Source: an uncultured delta proteobacterium
GTDB lineage: Bacteria > Desulfobacterota > Desulfobacteria > Desulfobacterales > B30-G6
NCBI GenBank assembly: GCA_963701385.1
Contig: CAVOZW010000006.1
Coordinates: 75,720 to 139,719 of the forward strand
DNA: 64,000 nt
Reading direction: 5' to 3'
Part shown: positions 55,410 through 64,000 of the stretch, one piece after another
Layout of the letters: every line of letters begins with the position of its first letter
How positions within the stretch are numbered: position 1 is the stretch's first letter
Program-made: the position numbers and the translations under genes
The notes under the pieces: generated by a model
The model's database searches: none
What the model saw: the letters and a program-made list of their open reading frames with translations, nothing else
What the model was told of the DNA's origin: nothing

Positions 55410-56513
55410 TCAAAAATCGGGAACCAGTACGATGCGCTTGTCCGGCGACTTATGATGCGCTTCTTCAAACGCAGCCGCAATCGTACTCATGGGACGGGTC
55501 TGCACAAAAGGACCCATATCGATCTTTCCGGAAAGAACCATCCCTAACACCTGTGGGTAATACTCCGGCAGGCATCCCCATGTCCCGATAATTTCTGCAT
55601 CGAAAGCCATGAGCCGACTGATGGAATATTCCAGTTTTTGCATGCCAAAGCCCACAACGATCAATTTTCCCGTAAAACTGAGCAGCCCCAGGGCTGTTTC
55701 CTGTCCAGGCTTGCTGCCGGTCACCTCGAATATCTTCCAACCATAGCCGGGAAGATCTTTCTGTTTTCGAATGGCTTTGATTTCAGTCGAAATATCCCTG
55801 GGTCCCTTGCCAGTGGCATTGATAGCCGCATCGGCACCATAATGTTGTATCTGTTGCAGTCGTTTTTCGTCAATATCAACAGCCACCACGCATCCCGCTC
55901 CAAGCGCCTTGGCTATCTGAACCATATATTGCCCCACCCCACCGATACCAATGACAATAACGTTGTCACCCATTTGCAGATCAGCCCTTTTGGCGGCTTG
56001 AAATGGGGTCGTTGCGGCGTCCGCCACCACCGCCAGGTGCGCCAAAGGCGTCTCTCCCCTGTCCTTGATTTCACAAAGATCGATACTCGGCACCGGGATA
56101 TGGCTCGAAAAGCCCCCGTAAATACCGATACTGTTGCCGGGCATTTTTTGATTCAAGCAGCGGTTTCCCCGTCCGGTCTTACACAAGTAACAACGGCGGC
56201 AAGGCATGACGGCCGGTATCAGGACTTCTTTTCCTATCCATTCATCATCACCGGCCACAACTTTACCGGATATTTCGTGACCAAGCGTTAACGGGGGTTT
56301 TGAAACCGTTGGAACGCCGTCGTAAAAATATCCCAAATCTGTGTGACAAACACCGCAACCGGCGATTTCTACCAATACATCCTGGGGGCCTAGCTCGGGA
56401 AGCGGAAGCGATTTCTTCTCTAACTTTCCCGGAATGATGTCATTCGTCTCCTTGTTCCGGGTTGTCGGTTTTACCATTTGCCAGGTCTGAATCTTCTCGG
56501 GGACGTTTCCCAT
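55410..56513 (-). CDS. had: Zn-dependent alcohol-dehydrogenase family; probable 6-hydroxycyclohex-1-ene-1-carbonyl-CoA dehydrogenase
   Basis: 367 aa. GCGVCHTDLGY, GHEISGKV, structural-Zn loop CRRCYLCKTGRGNRC, GIGGVGQY. It lies immediately upstream of oah, as in known had-oah pairs. Confidence 0.75.
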   Translation of the reverse strand: MGNVPEKIQTWQMVKPTTRNKETNDIIPGKLEKKSLPLPELGPQDVLVEIAGCGVCHTDLGYFYDGVPTVSKPPLTLGHEISGKVVAGDDEWIGKEVLIPAVMPCRRCYLCKTGRGNRCLNQKMPGNSIGIYGGFSSHIPVPSIDLCEIKDRGETPLAHLAVVADAATTPFQAAKRADLQMGDNVIVIGIGGVGQYMVQIAKALGAGCVVAVDIDEKRLQQIQHYGADAAINATGKGPRDISTEIKAIRKQKDLPGYGWKIFEVTGSKPGQETALGLLSFTGKLIVVGFGMQKLEYSISRLMAFDAEIIGTWGCLPEYYPQVLGMVLSGKIDMGPFVQTRPMSTIAAAFEEAHHKSPDKRIVLVPDF

Positions 56514-56536
56514 GCGCTACCTCCTTGGTTTGATAA

Positions 56537-56706
56537 CTAGTACCCATTCACAAAGGGTTTTTTGCGTCCTGCCGGTGTTGGAAGGCCTGATTTAACGCCT
56601 CAAAATAGCACACGATTCACCCCAAGGGCACTTCCTGCGGGCGCCTGCGGGTTAAATCTGTCTTCCGCCTTGGCAAAACACGAAAATCCTATTTGTGGAC
56701 GGACAC
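56537..56706 (+). repeat. MITE-like 170-bp element, copy B
   Basis: Same orientation as 24650..24821 and near-identical to it. It starts 24 nt upstream of the had start codon. Confidence 0.8.
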
Positions 56707-57041
56707 GAATTAGCTTTCGTTGATGAAATAAAATCGTATGAACGATAAAAGTTATAAATTAGCTATAATGTAACTTTCGAATCTGTTTAAAGTCAATAAT
56801 AAAATCGCGGCGCAGATTTATATGTCACGACCGTGTCGCTTCCAAAGGTTGGGGAGATAGCCTTGCCCTATTGTAATGCCGTATTTTTATCTTGACTATT
56901 TTTGTAGCTAATATATAGCTATCAGAGACGCATGAAAGAACCTCACAGCAGGTTGCGCGGTATATTCGACCGTAAGAAATTCTGTCTAATTCTGCGGACT
57001 GGCAAACACCAGGTGTCAGCCAGACCCAAAAAGGAGTTTTC

Positions 57042-57794
57042 ATGAAATTAAAGGGAAAAGTCGCATTGGTAACCGGAAGCAGTCGTGGTGTCGGCAAGGC
57101 CGTGGCACTCGGATTTGCAGCCAGCGGAGCGGATCTGGTCATCAACTATACGTCCAACCAGAGTGCCGCCGATAGCGTCGTATCAGAAATCCAATCCATG
57201 GGTTGCGCTGCGGTGGCCGTAAAGGCAGATGTTGCCGTCAAAGCGGATGTCGAGCGTCTCGTAAACAGTGCTGCCGAAAAATTCGGGAAACTCGACATCC
57301 TGGTCAACAACGCCGGGTTCACCCGGCCGGCCATGATGATAAAAATGAGTGAAGATCAATGGGATCAGGTGGTGGACATTCATTTGAAAGGCGCCTTTTT
57401 GTGTTCCCAGGCCGCCGGAAAACTGATGAAGGAACAAAACAGCGGCAAAATTATCAACGTCACCTCGGTGGCCGGTATCGTCGGGACCGTCGGGCAGATC
57501 AACTACAGCGCTGCCAAGGGCGGCATCATTAGCATGACCAAATCCATCGCCAGGGAAATGGCAAGATACCATGTCTGTGCGAATGTCATTTCATTGGGAA
57601 TCGTCGCCACGGACATGACGGAAAAGATCAGAACCGATGAAAAGCTCAAAGAGATCTATATGAATCGCATTCTGCTCAAGCGCTTTGCAGAACCTCATGA
57701 CATAGCGCCCGCTTTTGTATTTTTTGCCTCTGACGAGAGTAGCTACATCACAGGTCAGCTGATATGTGTTGATGGCGGATATGGAATGATCTAA
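57042..57794 (+). CDS. Short-chain dehydrogenase/reductase (FabG/BbsCD-like 3-hydroxyacyl/3-oxoacyl reductase)
   Basis: 250 aa. TGSSRGVGKA, NNAG, YSAAK. Confidence 0.85.
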   Translation: MKLKGKVALVTGSSRGVGKAVALGFAASGADLVINYTSNQSAADSVVSEIQSMGCAAVAVKADVAVKADVERLVNSAAEKFGKLDILVNNAGFTRPAMMIKMSEDQWDQVVDIHLKGAFLCSQAAGKLMKEQNSGKIINVTSVAGIVGTVGQINYSAAKGGIISMTKSIAREMARYHVCANVISLGIVATDMTEKIRTDEKLKEIYMNRILLKRFAEPHDIAPAFVFFASDESSYITGQLICVDGGYGMI

Positions 57795-57973
57795 ATGAGC
57801 GTCAATAAAATTTGAAACGATTTAAACACCTGTTTAAAGGGGGCTCGCGGTTAATAAAAGAAGGGTTGGAGGGTCTGAGGAGTGAAGGGTGACTGAAAGC
57901 TTACAGCGGAGAGCACCTAACAGCCGACAGTCTAAGCCCCTAAAAAGCTAACAATAAATAGGAGATGCCACAT

Positions 57974-59140
57974 ATGAGTAAAGTAGCCATCATCGGCGTC
58001 GGTCAGAGCACCTTTGTTCGATCGTACCCTGGATCCATTCGAGAACTTGTCTTTGAAGGATTTAAAGACTGCATGCAGGATGCACAGATCGCCACCAGCG
58101 ATATCGATGCCTCGATCGTCTGTTCGGCTCCCGAATATGACAAGCAACGATCCCCGGCGGGTGTCTTCGCAGAATATCTGGGACTGAACCCGCAACCCAC
58201 ATTTTATGTCGAGAGCCTCTGTTCATCCAGCACAACGGGTTTGAAACTGGCATATTCCCTGGTAAAATCCGGCCTTCACGATGTTGTGGCTGTTCTCGGC
58301 TTTCAGAAAATGTCCGAAATCTCCTCTTCGGAATCTCAGGAAAGAATGGGGCGCGGGGCTGACATTCAATGGGAAAGCCCCTTCGGTACCATGATGCCGG
58401 CCTATTACGCCATGTATGCCCGTGCATACCTGGAGCGGTACGGCGCAAGTCTGGATGACCTTTCCCTGATTCGGGTCAAAGCCGCAACCTACGGCCAGAT
58501 CAATGAAAAGGCTGTCTATCGCAAACCCGTGACATTTGAAATGTTTCAGGACCCCGATCATATCATGGGAAGACCCGTGTCCACGCCCCTTCGGGTTGGC
58601 GATTGCTGTGCAAATGCGGATGGCAGTTCCTGCATTATCGTTGCCAGTGAGGAAAGGGCCAAATCCTTGTGCGCCAAACCCGTCTATATCTTGGGTTTGG
58701 GTTCTGCCACCACCAGCGTAAACCTGGCCGGCCGGGATCTTTTTTCAGGCCTCTCGGTGGCGCAGCATGCTGCCAGCCAGGCCTACAACATGGCAGGCAT
58801 TACACCCAAGCATGTGGATGTTGCGGAAGTGCATGACTGCTTTACCATCGCCGAAATGATGGCCTATGAGAACCTCGGTTTTGCCGGTCCAGGCGAAGGC
58901 AAAGACCTCATTCAAGGCAAGGAAACCTACAAGGAGGGACATATTCCCGTAAATGTGGATGGTGGGCTTCTCTCGAAAGGACATCCCATCGGTGCCACCG
59001 GCGGCTCTCAGGTACGAACCATCGTTATGCAGCTCAGGGACGAAGCCGGTGATATCCAGGTAAAGAATCCCGAAATCGGTCTGATCCATAATATCGGCGG
59101 GGTCGGGCTCTACGGGAATGTCACCATACTGGGGCGTTAA
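57974..59140 (+). CDS. Thiolase-like protein of the SCP-x/BbsB type
   Basis: MSKVAIIGVGQSTF..., ESLCSSS active-site cysteine region, C-terminal GHPIGATGG. ATG 57974 is 9 nt after AGGAG. Confidence 0.8.
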   Translation: MSKVAIIGVGQSTFVRSYPGSIRELVFEGFKDCMQDAQIATSDIDASIVCSAPEYDKQRSPAGVFAEYLGLNPQPTFYVESLCSSSTTGLKLAYSLVKSGLHDVVAVLGFQKMSEISSSESQERMGRGADIQWESPFGTMMPAYYAMYARAYLERYGASLDDLSLIRVKAATYGQINEKAVYRKPVTFEMFQDPDHIMGRPVSTPLRVGDCCANADGSSCIIVASEERAKSLCAKPVYILGLGSATTSVNLAGRDLFSGLSVAQHAASQAYNMAGITPKHVDVAEVHDCFTIAEMMAYENLGFAGPGEGKDLIQGKETYKEGHIPVNVDGGLLSKGHPIGATGGSQVRTIVMQLRDEAGDIQVKNPEIGLIHNIGGVGLYGNVTILGR

Positions 59141-59306
59141 ATTAAATACCATATCAGATTCTTAACAATAAGGGTTTATCAATTATCTTACAATAAGGAT
59201 TCGAGGGGTCCAGGATTCAAGGGTTCAAGTGTGGCTGAGGGCGATAAGCAGACAGCAGCATACCAGCCTTCATGCATCCTCGCTTCCCAGCATACATGGA
59301 GGTAAC

Positions 59307-59741
59307 ATGGGAAAAAAACATGAAATAGACGATCGTTTTAATAAATTTGGCACAGTCAGCTTCACTGCCACCACCAAAACCAATGACTTTATCGACGCCC
59401 TGGAGAAGGGCAAGGTCATGGGATCCCGATGCAAGGATTGCGGTCTGGTGTTTTTTCCTCCCCGGGCAGATTGTCACCATTGTCTGAACAGTAACATGGA
59501 GTGGTTCGAAGTTACCGGTACCGGCAAGTTGGTTACCTACAGTAAGCTGACATTTGCGCCCATCGGCTTCGAAGCCGACGTGCCCTACGCTATAGCGCTT
59601 TTGGATTATGGTGCATTTAAGGTTTTCGGAAGAATCGCATCCGACATTGCGGATCAAGACTTGCAGATCGGAATGGACATGAAAACAAGGGCCAATACAC
59701 TTTCAAACGGCCAGTTGAATTATGTTTTCGAAAAAGTGTGA
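59307..59741 (+). CDS. DUF35 Zn-ribbon/OB-fold protein (BbsA-like thiolase partner)
   Basis: From ATG 59307 (GGAGG RBS): ...CKDCGLVFFPPRADCHHC... followed by an OB-fold segment. Confidence 0.8.
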   Translation: MGKKHEIDDRFNKFGTVSFTATTKTNDFIDALEKGKVMGSRCKDCGLVFFPPRADCHHCLNSNMEWFEVTGTGKLVTYSKLTFAPIGFEADVPYAIALLDYGAFKVFGRIASDIADQDLQIGMDMKTRANTLSNGQLNYVFEKV

Positions 59742-59775
59742 CCATCACATTGAATACAAACCCGAGGATAAAGAC

Positions 59776-60543
59776 ATGCCAGACAAAACGATTATAATCG
59801 AAAAATCAAACAGCGTTGCAAGCATTTTTTTTGCACGGCCCAAGCACAATGTGTTCAACATCGATATGATGACGCTTTTCTGTGAGACCTTGGAAGACGT
59901 GTCAAACGATCCTGAGATCAAATGCCTGGTTGTCAAAGGTCAGGGATCGAGCTGGTGCGCCGGCGTCGATGTGGGGGACCACAAGCCGGACATGGCGGAC
60001 GAGATGATTGCCACCTTCAACCGTTCCCTATTGCTTTTAGAAGCTCTCGAGATACCCACCCTGGCAGCCGTGCACGGAGCGTGCCTGGGCGGTGGCATGG
60101 AATACGCCATCGCCTGCGACGTGATTATCGCCGCGAAAAGTGCAAAATTCGGACAACCTGAAGTGAAACTGGGCTTCCTGCCGCCCTATGCAGCCATACG
60201 CCTTCCGCAATTGGTGGGTCCTGCAAAAGCCATTGAAATCTGCTGCTCCGGAAAAGTCTACCCTGCCGACACTGCCAAATCCATGGGGTTTGTCAGCCAG
60301 ACCATTCCGGACGATCAATTCAATGCGGCCGTTGACGACTGGGTCGAAGATATTAGGGCAAGTAGCCCGTTAATTCTTCGTCTCAACAAACAGGCCGTGA
60401 CGCAACACCTTGGCATGCGAACGCCGGAGGCACTGCAGAGCGTCAGCAACCTGTTTCTCAATACCCTCATGAAAACAGAAGACACCCTGGAAGGGATTGC
60501 AAGTTTCTACGAAAAGAGAAAACCCAGCTGGAAAAATAAATAG
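59776..60543 (+). CDS. Enoyl-CoA hydratase/isomerase (crotonase) family
   Basis: From ATG 59776: ...VVKGQGSSWCAGVDVGD..., ...ACLGGGMEYAIACD... Confidence 0.85.
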   Translation: MPDKTIIIEKSNSVASIFFARPKHNVFNIDMMTLFCETLEDVSNDPEIKCLVVKGQGSSWCAGVDVGDHKPDMADEMIATFNRSLLLLEALEIPTLAAVHGACLGGGMEYAIACDVIIAAKSAKFGQPEVKLGFLPPYAAIRLPQLVGPAKAIEICCSGKVYPADTAKSMGFVSQTIPDDQFNAAVDDWVEDIRASSPLILRLNKQAVTQHLGMRTPEALQSVSNLFLNTLMKTEDTLEGIASFYEKRKPSWKNK

Positions 60544-60730
60544 CCCCTAAACAATAGACTGTTAGACCTTTAGGCTGTAGGCGGCTAACCGTCTAACAGC
60601 CTAAAACCTAATAGGCTAAATGGTTTTTGCAAATGCATAGAAGCTGCCGGTTGCTGATAGGTCGTAGGCTGTGATGATAGGAGACGATGATGCGGTGTCA
60701 GCTCAAAGATGATGGTAGTTGTAATTTTTC

Positions 60731-61016
60731 TTGACAGGATTAACAGGATTGACAAGATATCTTTTGTGCTTTCCTGAAGAAAGCACAAAACCATCATCGC
60801 CTGGGGCGAAATACCTTATCTTCTAAATCGAACCATATTTTTAACAGATAACAAAGAATTTGTATTTTGAAATAGTTTACCAGATGAATGCATAATTTAG
60901 CACCAAAGGTAGGATTGTCACGACGAAGCCTTGGCAAAGGTGGATTGGGTTTTCCCTCTTTCGTCCGGAAAGAGGGAAAGGTCAAAAAAATCCTGTTAAA
61001 TCCTGTTAATCCTGTC
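60731..61016. repeat. 286-bp segment bounded by 27-bp inverted repeats, each built of three ACAGGATT-type iterations, with two internal perfect hairpins
   Basis: Left end: ttgacaggattaacaggattgacaaga (60731..60757). Right end: atcctgttaaatcctgttaatcctgtc (60990..61016). Hairpins: cttttgtgctttc-ctgaa-gaaagcacaaaa (60761..60790) and ttccctctttc-gtccg-gaaagagggaa (60952..60978). Confidence 0.75.
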
Positions 61017-61037
61017 TAAATATAAAGTTACCTGAAG

Positions 61038-61106
61038 CCAACAAACCCAATAAACCCAACAAACTCAACAAACCCAATGAACCCAACAAACCAACAAACC
61101 CAAAAA
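61038..61106. repeat. Second array of the 9-nt AACAAACCC/AATGAACCC tandem repeat, overlapping the start of the next gene
   Basis: gccaacaaacccaataaacccaacaaactcaacaaacccaatgaacccaacaaaccaacaaacccaaaaaactc. ATG 61077 lies inside a repeat unit. Confidence 0.85.
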
Positions 61107-61676
61107 ACTCAAGGCACCGAAACCCCCGCCCTGCTCATTATCGACATGGTCAAAGACAACTTCAAGGCCCAAAGAAACCTTCCCATAACCCCCCTGGCAA
61201 AAAAAACCATCGATCCGATCAATAAAACCATCCGCTTTTTCCGTTCGCATGCATGGCCGGTTGTTTTTTCAACAGATGCCTTTAAGGAAGAAGATTTTAT
61301 ATTCACCGGCAGAATGCCGCCCCATTCCCTGGCCGGCACCGAAGGTGCCGAAGTAGTGGACGATTTGGATTTTCAGACCTCGGATATCTGGCTTCCCAAG
61401 CCCCGATTTTCGGCATTTTTCAAAACCGGACTCGAAAACCGACTGCATGATTTAGGAATCAGTCTTTGTGCAGTGGCAGGTATCGCCACACCCTTTTGTG
61501 TGCTGACAACCGCCATGGATGCCCTGTGCCACGACTTCAAGGCCGTGATTTTAGAAGACTGCAGCACCGCTTTCTCGAATGACCTGCATCGTCAAACCCT
61601 CGAAATCTACCGCCGCAACCCACTCTACCCACTTTTTCGTGTCATGACATCAACGGAGATGATAAAGGAATTATAG
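61077..61676 (+). CDS. Isochorismatase-family cysteine hydrolase
   Basis: 199 aa. ...PALLIIDMVKDNF..., ...GIATPFCVLTTAMDA (nucleophile Cys). The first ~12 codons (MNPTNQQTQKTQ) are encoded by the 9-nt repeat. Confidence 0.8.
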   Translation: MNPTNQQTQKTQGTETPALLIIDMVKDNFKAQRNLPITPLAKKTIDPINKTIRFFRSHAWPVVFSTDAFKEEDFIFTGRMPPHSLAGTEGAEVVDDLDFQTSDIWLPKPRFSAFFKTGLENRLHDLGISLCAVAGIATPFCVLTTAMDALCHDFKAVILEDCSTAFSNDLHRQTLEIYRRNPLYPLFRVMTSTEMIKEL

Positions 61677-61995
61677 CGCAAATTTTTTTGTCAATTCATT
61701 AGCGCGTGGAAAGACGCTAGGTTCTGAATTACGGGATTCTCCATTATGTTCTGCTTTGCTTACTTCAAGGCCTTAACGCCACAAGCGGCGAAGCCCCCAA
61801 AGATAAAATCAACCCCTGATTTTATCTTGACTTAACCGTTTTGTAGCTGTAATGTAGCTTCGAATTAACGATGCATCTGAAGACCCGCGCAGCACGTCGC
61901 AAAGAATGTTCTGCCGTGCGGCAGTGCTCTGCTGCGTGCGCTTTTGCGCTTCGTTCGCGTTTAACCCTTCTTCGAAATATTCTGAGGAAAAGATC

Positions 61996-63847
61996 ATGCA
62001 CAAACTACTCCTTGATGAGCCCGGCAAGAAAATGCTTATGCTTGGAAACGAAGCCATCGCCAGGGGCGCAATCGAGGCCGGTGTTGCCTTTGCTACCACA
62101 TACCCAGGTACGCCGTCTTCTGAAATATCTCTTTCCCTTTTCCAAATGTCCCAGGAATGCGACCTCTACTTCGAATACAGCACCAATGAAAAGGTAGCCC
62201 TCGAAGTGGCCGCCGGCGCAGCCAACTCAGGTGTCAAAACCATGTGCATGATGAAGCATGTAGGACTGAATGTTGCTGCGGACCCCCTCATGACCCTTGC
62301 TTATGTGGGTGTCAAAGCCGGTCTTGTCATCTTGACGGCAGATGATCCCTTTATGTTCTCGAGCCAGAATGAGCAGGACAACCGCTATTACGGAAAACTC
62401 TCGGGTTTGTCAATCATCGAACCTTCTTCTGTGGAAGAAGCCAAGGAAATGATTCCCTATGCCTTCGACCTTTCCGAAAAATTAAAGGAACCCGTGCTCT
62501 TCCGTACCACGACACGTGTGAACCACTCCACGGGAATCGTCACCCTCGGTGCCATTCAGGAACGCAACACCAAGGGCGATTTTACCAAAGACCCGTTCAA
62601 CCTGGTAACCGTACCGGCCGTTTCACGGAAACTGCATGTAAAGCTTCTTGAAAACATTCACAAAGCGCAAGCCCTGTCCGAAACATCGCCCTACAACTTT
62701 TCCTCCGGCAATGGTGCCTGGGGTATTGTCTGCAACGGGGTCAGCTATAATTACGTATGCGATGCCATCAAGGACCTGGGTATCGCTGATAAAACCAAAA
62801 TTCTGCGAATTGGATTCTCACACCCCTTGCCGGAAGCCCTTATCAAGCAGTTTGCCGTTGACTGCGAGAAAATTCTCGTGGTGGAAGAAGGCGAACCCTA
62901 TTTGGAAGAGGCCATTCAAGCCTTTGCCCAGCAAGCCCGGATAACGATTCCCATTCAAGGAAAAGGAGAAGGTCTTTTCAGCCGGCTTTACGAGTTCGAC
63001 CCCTCACTGGTCCGACAGGTCATGGCCCGATTCTTCGGGCTTGCCTATACGCCGGCTGTTATCCCGGACCTGGCCGATGTTCCGGAAATTCCCCAACGCC
63101 CACCCAATCTTTGTGCAGGCTGTTCCCACCGCGCCACGTTTTATGCCGTGAAAAAAGCCGTCGAAGGCCAAGAAACCATATACCCAACCGATATCGGATG
63201 CTACACCCTCGGCTTTCTGCCACCCTTGTCAATGGGTGATTTTCTCATTTGCATGGGTTCCTCCGTGAGCACGGCCTGTGGCTTCGCCCAGGCAACCGAC
63301 AAGAAGATCATCGCCTTTATCGGGGATTCTACCTTCTTTCACTCAGGCATTACCGGGCTCGTCAATGCCGTGTTCAACAACCATAATATTCACGCTGGTC
63401 ATTCTCGATAACGGCACCACCGCCATGACGGGTCATCAACCGAACCCCGGCGTCGATATGGACAATTTGAATTTGAGCAATTACGGCCGCATCTCCATTG
63501 AAGCGGTGGTCAAAGGCATCGGTGTGAAACATGTCACGGTCATCAAGCCTTTCAGAATCAAGAAAAGCATTGCGGCCATCAAAGAAGCGGTTAACTACGA
63601 GGGTGTTTCGGTCGTCATTTCTCAGGAAATCTGCACCTTGTACGCCAAAGGCCTGAAGCAGCTCAAGGCACGCCCCTTTTATGTAAGCGATAAGTGCAAG
63701 GACCACAAGGTTTGCATAACCAGTTTGGGATGTCCGGCATTTTATATCGCTCAAAAGCGTGTTAAAATTGATCCGGATATCTGTGTGGGATGTGCTGTCT
63801 GTGCTCAGATCTGTCCTGAAAACGCCATATTGCCCTTAAAGCCCTAA
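61996..63847 (+). pseudogene. iorA: Second indolepyruvate:ferredoxin oxidoreductase alpha subunit, split by one +1 frame shift
   Basis: From ATG 61996: MHKLLLDEPGKKMLMLGNEAIARGAIEAGVAFATTYPGTPSSEI, GDSTFFHSGITGLVNAVFNNHN|(I)TLVILDNGTTAMTGHQPNPG, C-terminal CVGCAVCAQICP. The junction is near 63386..63392. Confidence 0.85.
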
Positions 63848-63938
63848 CAGCATGAGGGGTTCCTTGAACCCTTTCTCCCAATTAATTGAGAGAAGAACCT
63901 AAATTTAAAGATTGGATACATCATGGAAACAAAGACGA

Positions 63939-64000
63939 TTGATAATTGTGGCGGTGGGTGGCCAGGGAAATCTCCTGGCGTCAAAAGTTCTCGGCGAAGC
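63939..64000 (+). CDS. iorB: Start of a second iorB (beta subunit), running off the window; start uncertain
   Basis: The frame from 63939 reads LIIVAVGGQGNLLASKVLGEA, the GGQG motif of IorB. The only nearby ATG (63923, METKT...) is one base out of frame with it. Confidence 0.6.
   Translation, partial: MIIVAVGGQGNLLASKVLGE

Noticed and set aside
11957-63941. Programmed +1 ribosomal frameshifting (prfB-like) as the explanation for the frame breaks
   Set aside because: I found no shared slippery sequence, internal SD or in-frame stop at the junctions. The contexts differ (CCC, TCCGG, A5, CGCG, AATATTC). Several junctions are short homopolymers, which is more typical of consensus insertion errors. 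The uniform direction is still reported as a finding.
1-64000. Search for transposase, integrase, phage, toxin-antitoxin or defence-system genes that could explain the repeats
   Set aside because: Every ORF above ~130 aa could be assigned to metabolism, transport or regulation, or is an antisense shadow. No recombinase-like or nuclease-like product was seen, so any mobilising functions must be encoded elsewhere.

Overview
Bacterial chromosome segment, about 50% GC by eye and almost fully coding. It is dominated by anaerobic acyl-CoA and aromatic catabolism. The gene content (had-oah/bamA ring-cleavage pair, HdrD-like membrane Fe-S protein, two indolepyruvate:ferredoxin oxidoreductase sets, TRAP transporter, octahaem cytochrome) suggests a strict anaerobe of the Desulfobacterota type; this is inference. 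Main blocks: (i) 1-5961, minus strand: an MttB-family methyltransferase with one in-frame TAG (candidate pyrrolysine), a membrane Fe-S oxidoreductase and a dimethylglycine-dehydrogenase-like flavoprotein. (ii) 8.7-26.8 kb: one 18-kb co-directional minus-strand island with CoA-transferase, GntR regulator, B12 acyl-CoA mutase, hydantoinase/oxoprolinase A and B, PaaK-type ligase, three-subunit Mo-hydroxylase and TRAP transporter. (iii) 27.4-30.5 kb: biotin carrier, carboxyltransferase and acyl-CoA dehydrogenase. (iv) Housekeeping dus, serA, trpB2 and pyk. (v) 35-44 kb: a beta-oxidation fusion protein, iorAB, two acyl-CoA ligases and an epimerase. (vi) 46-52.5 kb: a kinase-M23-aminotransferase fusion, DUF362, and NapC-type plus octahaem cytochromes. 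(vii) 52.6-60.5 kb: two GNATs, oah, had and a Bbs-like SDR/thiolase/DUF35/hydratase module. (viii) An isochorismatase-like gene and a second iorAB. I saw no rRNA, tRNA, CRISPR array, transposase or integrase. Notable non-genic structure: a tandem array of four-helix-bundle-protein cassettes splitting hyuA from hyuB; several families of short interspersed intergenic repeats (a 170-bp MITE-like element, REP-like hairpins, 9-nt C3/G3 tandem repeats); a GTATAC-W-GTATAC operator present three times in the same promoter architecture; and at least eight single-base (+1 type) frame disruptions in six otherwise intact genes. All product calls rest on motifs read by eye from the translations. No database search was run.
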